From NCBI GenBank assembly GCA_965219445.1, contig CBDCNQ010000002.1, positions 288,001-352,000 of the forward strand: 64,000 nucleotides of DNA. Direction: 5' to 3'. The stretch comes from Longimicrobiales bacterium. Its GTDB lineage: Bacteria > Gemmatimonadota > Gemmatimonadetes > Longimicrobiales > Gaopeijiaceae. The position numbers and the translations under genes are program-made. This document shows positions 61,610-64,000 of this stretch, in pieces (position 1 is the first letter of the stretch; every line of letters begins with the position of its first letter). The notes beneath the pieces are model-generated. The model was not told the DNA's origin and made no database searches. It saw only the letters and a program-made list of their open reading frames with translations.

Positions 61610-62637
61610 TGACCTGCCCCCAAGAGCGGTACCACATCCTATGTTAGTCCCAGCACCTGTGGAGGGCCGTGAAGGACGGGCATCCTCAGGAACCAGGGCG
61701 ACGGCTTAATCGCCTCAGGGGCCGGGGGAAAGCCGCCGCAGGCGCTGTAGGGTCGGACGGTATTGTACTCGCGCCTCCATTGCTCGACCAGCACGGCCGC
61801 CTCCGCCAACGAGTAGAAGATCTCCCCGTTCAACAGCTCGTCCCTGAGCTTGCCGTTGAAGCTCTCGTTGTAGCCGTTCTCCCACGGGCTGCCCGGCTCG
61901 ATAAAGAGCGTCTCGACGCCCACGCGCCCCAACCACCGCCGCACGAGCTTCGCGGTGAACTCCGGTCCGTTGTCCGACCTCAGATACTCGGGAGGCCCGT
62001 GTCGGACGAACAGATCGGCCAGCACCTCGAGCGAGCGGATCTTGCGAGCCACCACGATCGCCAGGCACTCCCTCGTGTGCTCGTCCAGCACTGTCAGCAG
62101 CTTCAGCGCACGCCCGTCGTGCGTCCTCGAGGCCACGAAATCGGACGAACAGACGTGGCCCCGATACAGCGGCCTCAGCCGGATGCACGATCCGTCGTTG
62201 AGCCACAGCCGACCTCGCTTCGGCTGCCGCTGCGGCACCTTCAGCCCCTCCTGCCTCCAGATCCGCTCCACCCGCTTGTGGTTCACCCCCCAGCCCTCGA
62301 TGCGGAGCATGTCCGTGACGCGTCGGTAGCCGTAGCGGCCGAATCGACTCGCGAGTCGCACGATATCACCCCGGAGCGCCCCCTCGTCACTCGCCACTTT
62401 CCTCGCCCGGCGCTGCGTCGTGCGTGGCTGCCCGAGCACCCGGCACGCTCTCCTCTCCGACGCCCCGAGCTGCTTCACGGATTTGCCGCGGGCCAGACCG
62501 ACCTCTGCCTCCCGCAGTGCAGTGATGATCTGCTCCGGAGTGGGTCGCTTCCTTCCCATCCTGACCTCCTCGCTGAAAAACTTCAGACCAGGTCGATCCT
62601 AACATTGCACCTGGTTTCGTTTCAGGGGGTCAGGTCA
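61610..62637 (-). mobile_element. IS3-family element with internal deletion (1028 bp)
   Basis: Terminal IRs TGACCTGCCCCC.. and TGACCTGACCCCC..; ORF 62559-61639 fuses the orfA start (PEQIITALREAE) directly to orfB (SERRACR, RSDNGPEF, PGSPWENGYNESFN); no target duplication seen. Confidence 0.92.
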
Positions 62638-63132
62638 ATGCTGCTGGTCAGCTGGACCGGCCTGTTGGACAAAATGTCCGCACGGACGAGAGACGAGCCG
62701 GACGCCGAAGCAGATATCCGGCAGTTGAGAGGACTCGCCGATTTTGCCGAGGAAGGACGATTTCGGCCCATGCGTGACGGCGGTGAGGACTTTGGTCCGG
62801 ACTCCCGCCACATGCGGGACATGAAGCGGCTCATCGACGCCGCAACCGAACAAGGAATTGCGGAAGGATGGGCGTCTCGAAGGGGCCTGAACCGGACTCC
62901 GCGTGCGTACGGCTACGGTCGGTACTTGAGGCTCGCTGATCGTGTCGTGTGGTTTGGCGTCCATACTGAGCGGTGGGAACGCGATGGCGAGACCCCGTTG
63001 TGGCTCGATTACGGGAATGACGGCTGGGTGCCGATTCCGATCGCCAAAGATGTCGTTGAGTACCCCGACATCCTGGACGGTGTTGTGGCCACACTGCGAG
63101 ACTTCGCGGAAGCCTCCGAGAATCGGCGTTAA
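62638..63132 (+). pseudogene. C-terminal part of a hypothetical protein cut by IS3
   Basis: Protein-like reading frame (LVSW..LL..M..DIRQLRGL, YGRYLRL, WFGV, TPLWL) begins exactly at the IS end. Confidence 0.6.
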
Positions 63133-63526
63133 TGTGTCGACAACCAGCCCGTCAAGTGAGGCCCCACCCGCGCAGCACCGCTGGATCGGAGCTCACTGAA
63201 CCGCTCCGGCTTCCGAAGTGGACGGGCACGAGGATCAATGGCTTCGAGACGTCGGCTCGAGCCGGCTGCCCGAGATGCGTCTATACCAAGCTCGCGGTAA
63301 CTTAGCCAAGTAGGCGTAGTCCGCGTCTTCACGAGTGCACACTGTTCCTCGCCACGCACATCGGTTGCCTCAGATCGGGGTCTCTCAGAGAGATGCACGG
63401 AGGATTCGGAGCGGTGATGGCGGGGACGACGGTGGGCGGGAAGAGCCAACTACTACAAGCCACAGGCCGACATGGAGGACACCGTCTGGTATACGCGCTT
63501 GGCCTACGGAGCGGCCTTCAAGGCCA

Positions 63527-63673
63527 AAGTATGGGCGGCCCGTCGTCGTGCTGGCGGTGGAGGAATACGAGCGGCTTAAGGCGCTGGAGAGGGCCAGTCC
63601 CAGAAAAAAGACAAGAACCGAAGAAAGACCGACAACGAATGATTGCAGACCATCCGATGAGGTCCAACGATAA
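63527..63673 (+). pseudogene. Phd/YefM-type antitoxin C-terminal remnant
   Basis: KYGRPVVVLAVEEYERLKAL; N-terminal half absent. Confidence 0.6.
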
Positions 63674-63721
63674 CTGCTCGACGCCGGCCGAGACGTGGTT
63701 CCGGCCGTCGCTAGAGGTAGC

Positions 63722-64000
63722 GTGGTGATCCGGGCACCCGTCCGGCTGGTCGATGCAGGATGGGGCCAGGAGCTGACGGCAGCTATTTGCGCGGACCGCA
63801 GTGACGTACGCATCGTCTGCCCGTTCATCAAGGAACGTGCACTTGAACGTCTCCTGTCGCATCGGCCCGGTGACGTTCGGGTGATTACCCGATTCAACCT
63901 GGCCGATTTCTCTGCAGGCGTCAGCGATGTGAAGGCCCTGCGAGTGCTACTCGACACCGGTGCCAGCGTCCGCGGTATCCGGAACCTCCATGCCAAGTTG
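63722..64000 (+). CDS. phospholipase-D-like (HKD) nuclease-domain protein, runs off the window
   Basis: RIVCPFIK, VITRFNLADF..GVSD..AL, RNLHAKL; GAGG RBS; open to the window end. Confidence 0.78.
   Translation, partial: MVIRAPVRLVDAGWGQELTAAICADRSDVRIVCPFIKERALERLLSHRPGDVRVITRFNLADFSAGVSDVKALRVLLDTGASVRGIRNLHAKL

Noticed and set aside
61669..63132. 487-aa + strand ORF
   Set aside because: Antisense to the IS3 transposase; only the part after 62637 looks like real protein.

Overview
High-GC bacterial chromosome segment. Gene order (mcsA-mcsB-clpC next to bamA-skp-lpxD-lpxC/fabZ-lpxA, plus bshC and a PorV/PorQ-like barrel) suggests Gemmatimonadota; this is an inference. Positions 300 to about 44400 are a mostly + strand housekeeping block: era, rnr, frameshifted prfB, lysS, lolCDE-like, mcsAB-clpC, bamA, lipid A genes, rlmH, bshC, murJ, uvrC, tRNA-Gly(CCC), der, plsY, gpsA, surE, pcm. 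From about 45660 to the end is a decaying mobile/defence region. It holds two IS3 remnants, one intact and two broken P4-type integrases, two inverted oriT-like/mobC units, Sel1-repeat fragments, an orphan sucA, an amidase, and nuclease and antitoxin remnants. The standout is a 1590-bp IS110/IS1111-type element (48726-50315) inserted cleanly into a SIR2-like gene. Its 3' non-coding end contains a foldable RNA whose loops match its own reconstructed target site (ACTCAAAGG and CACACC) and donor junction (ATAGAAGG). This is a candidate bridge-RNA-guided recombinase system readable from the sequence. It also shows a promoter formed on circularisation and a stem covering the transposase RBS.
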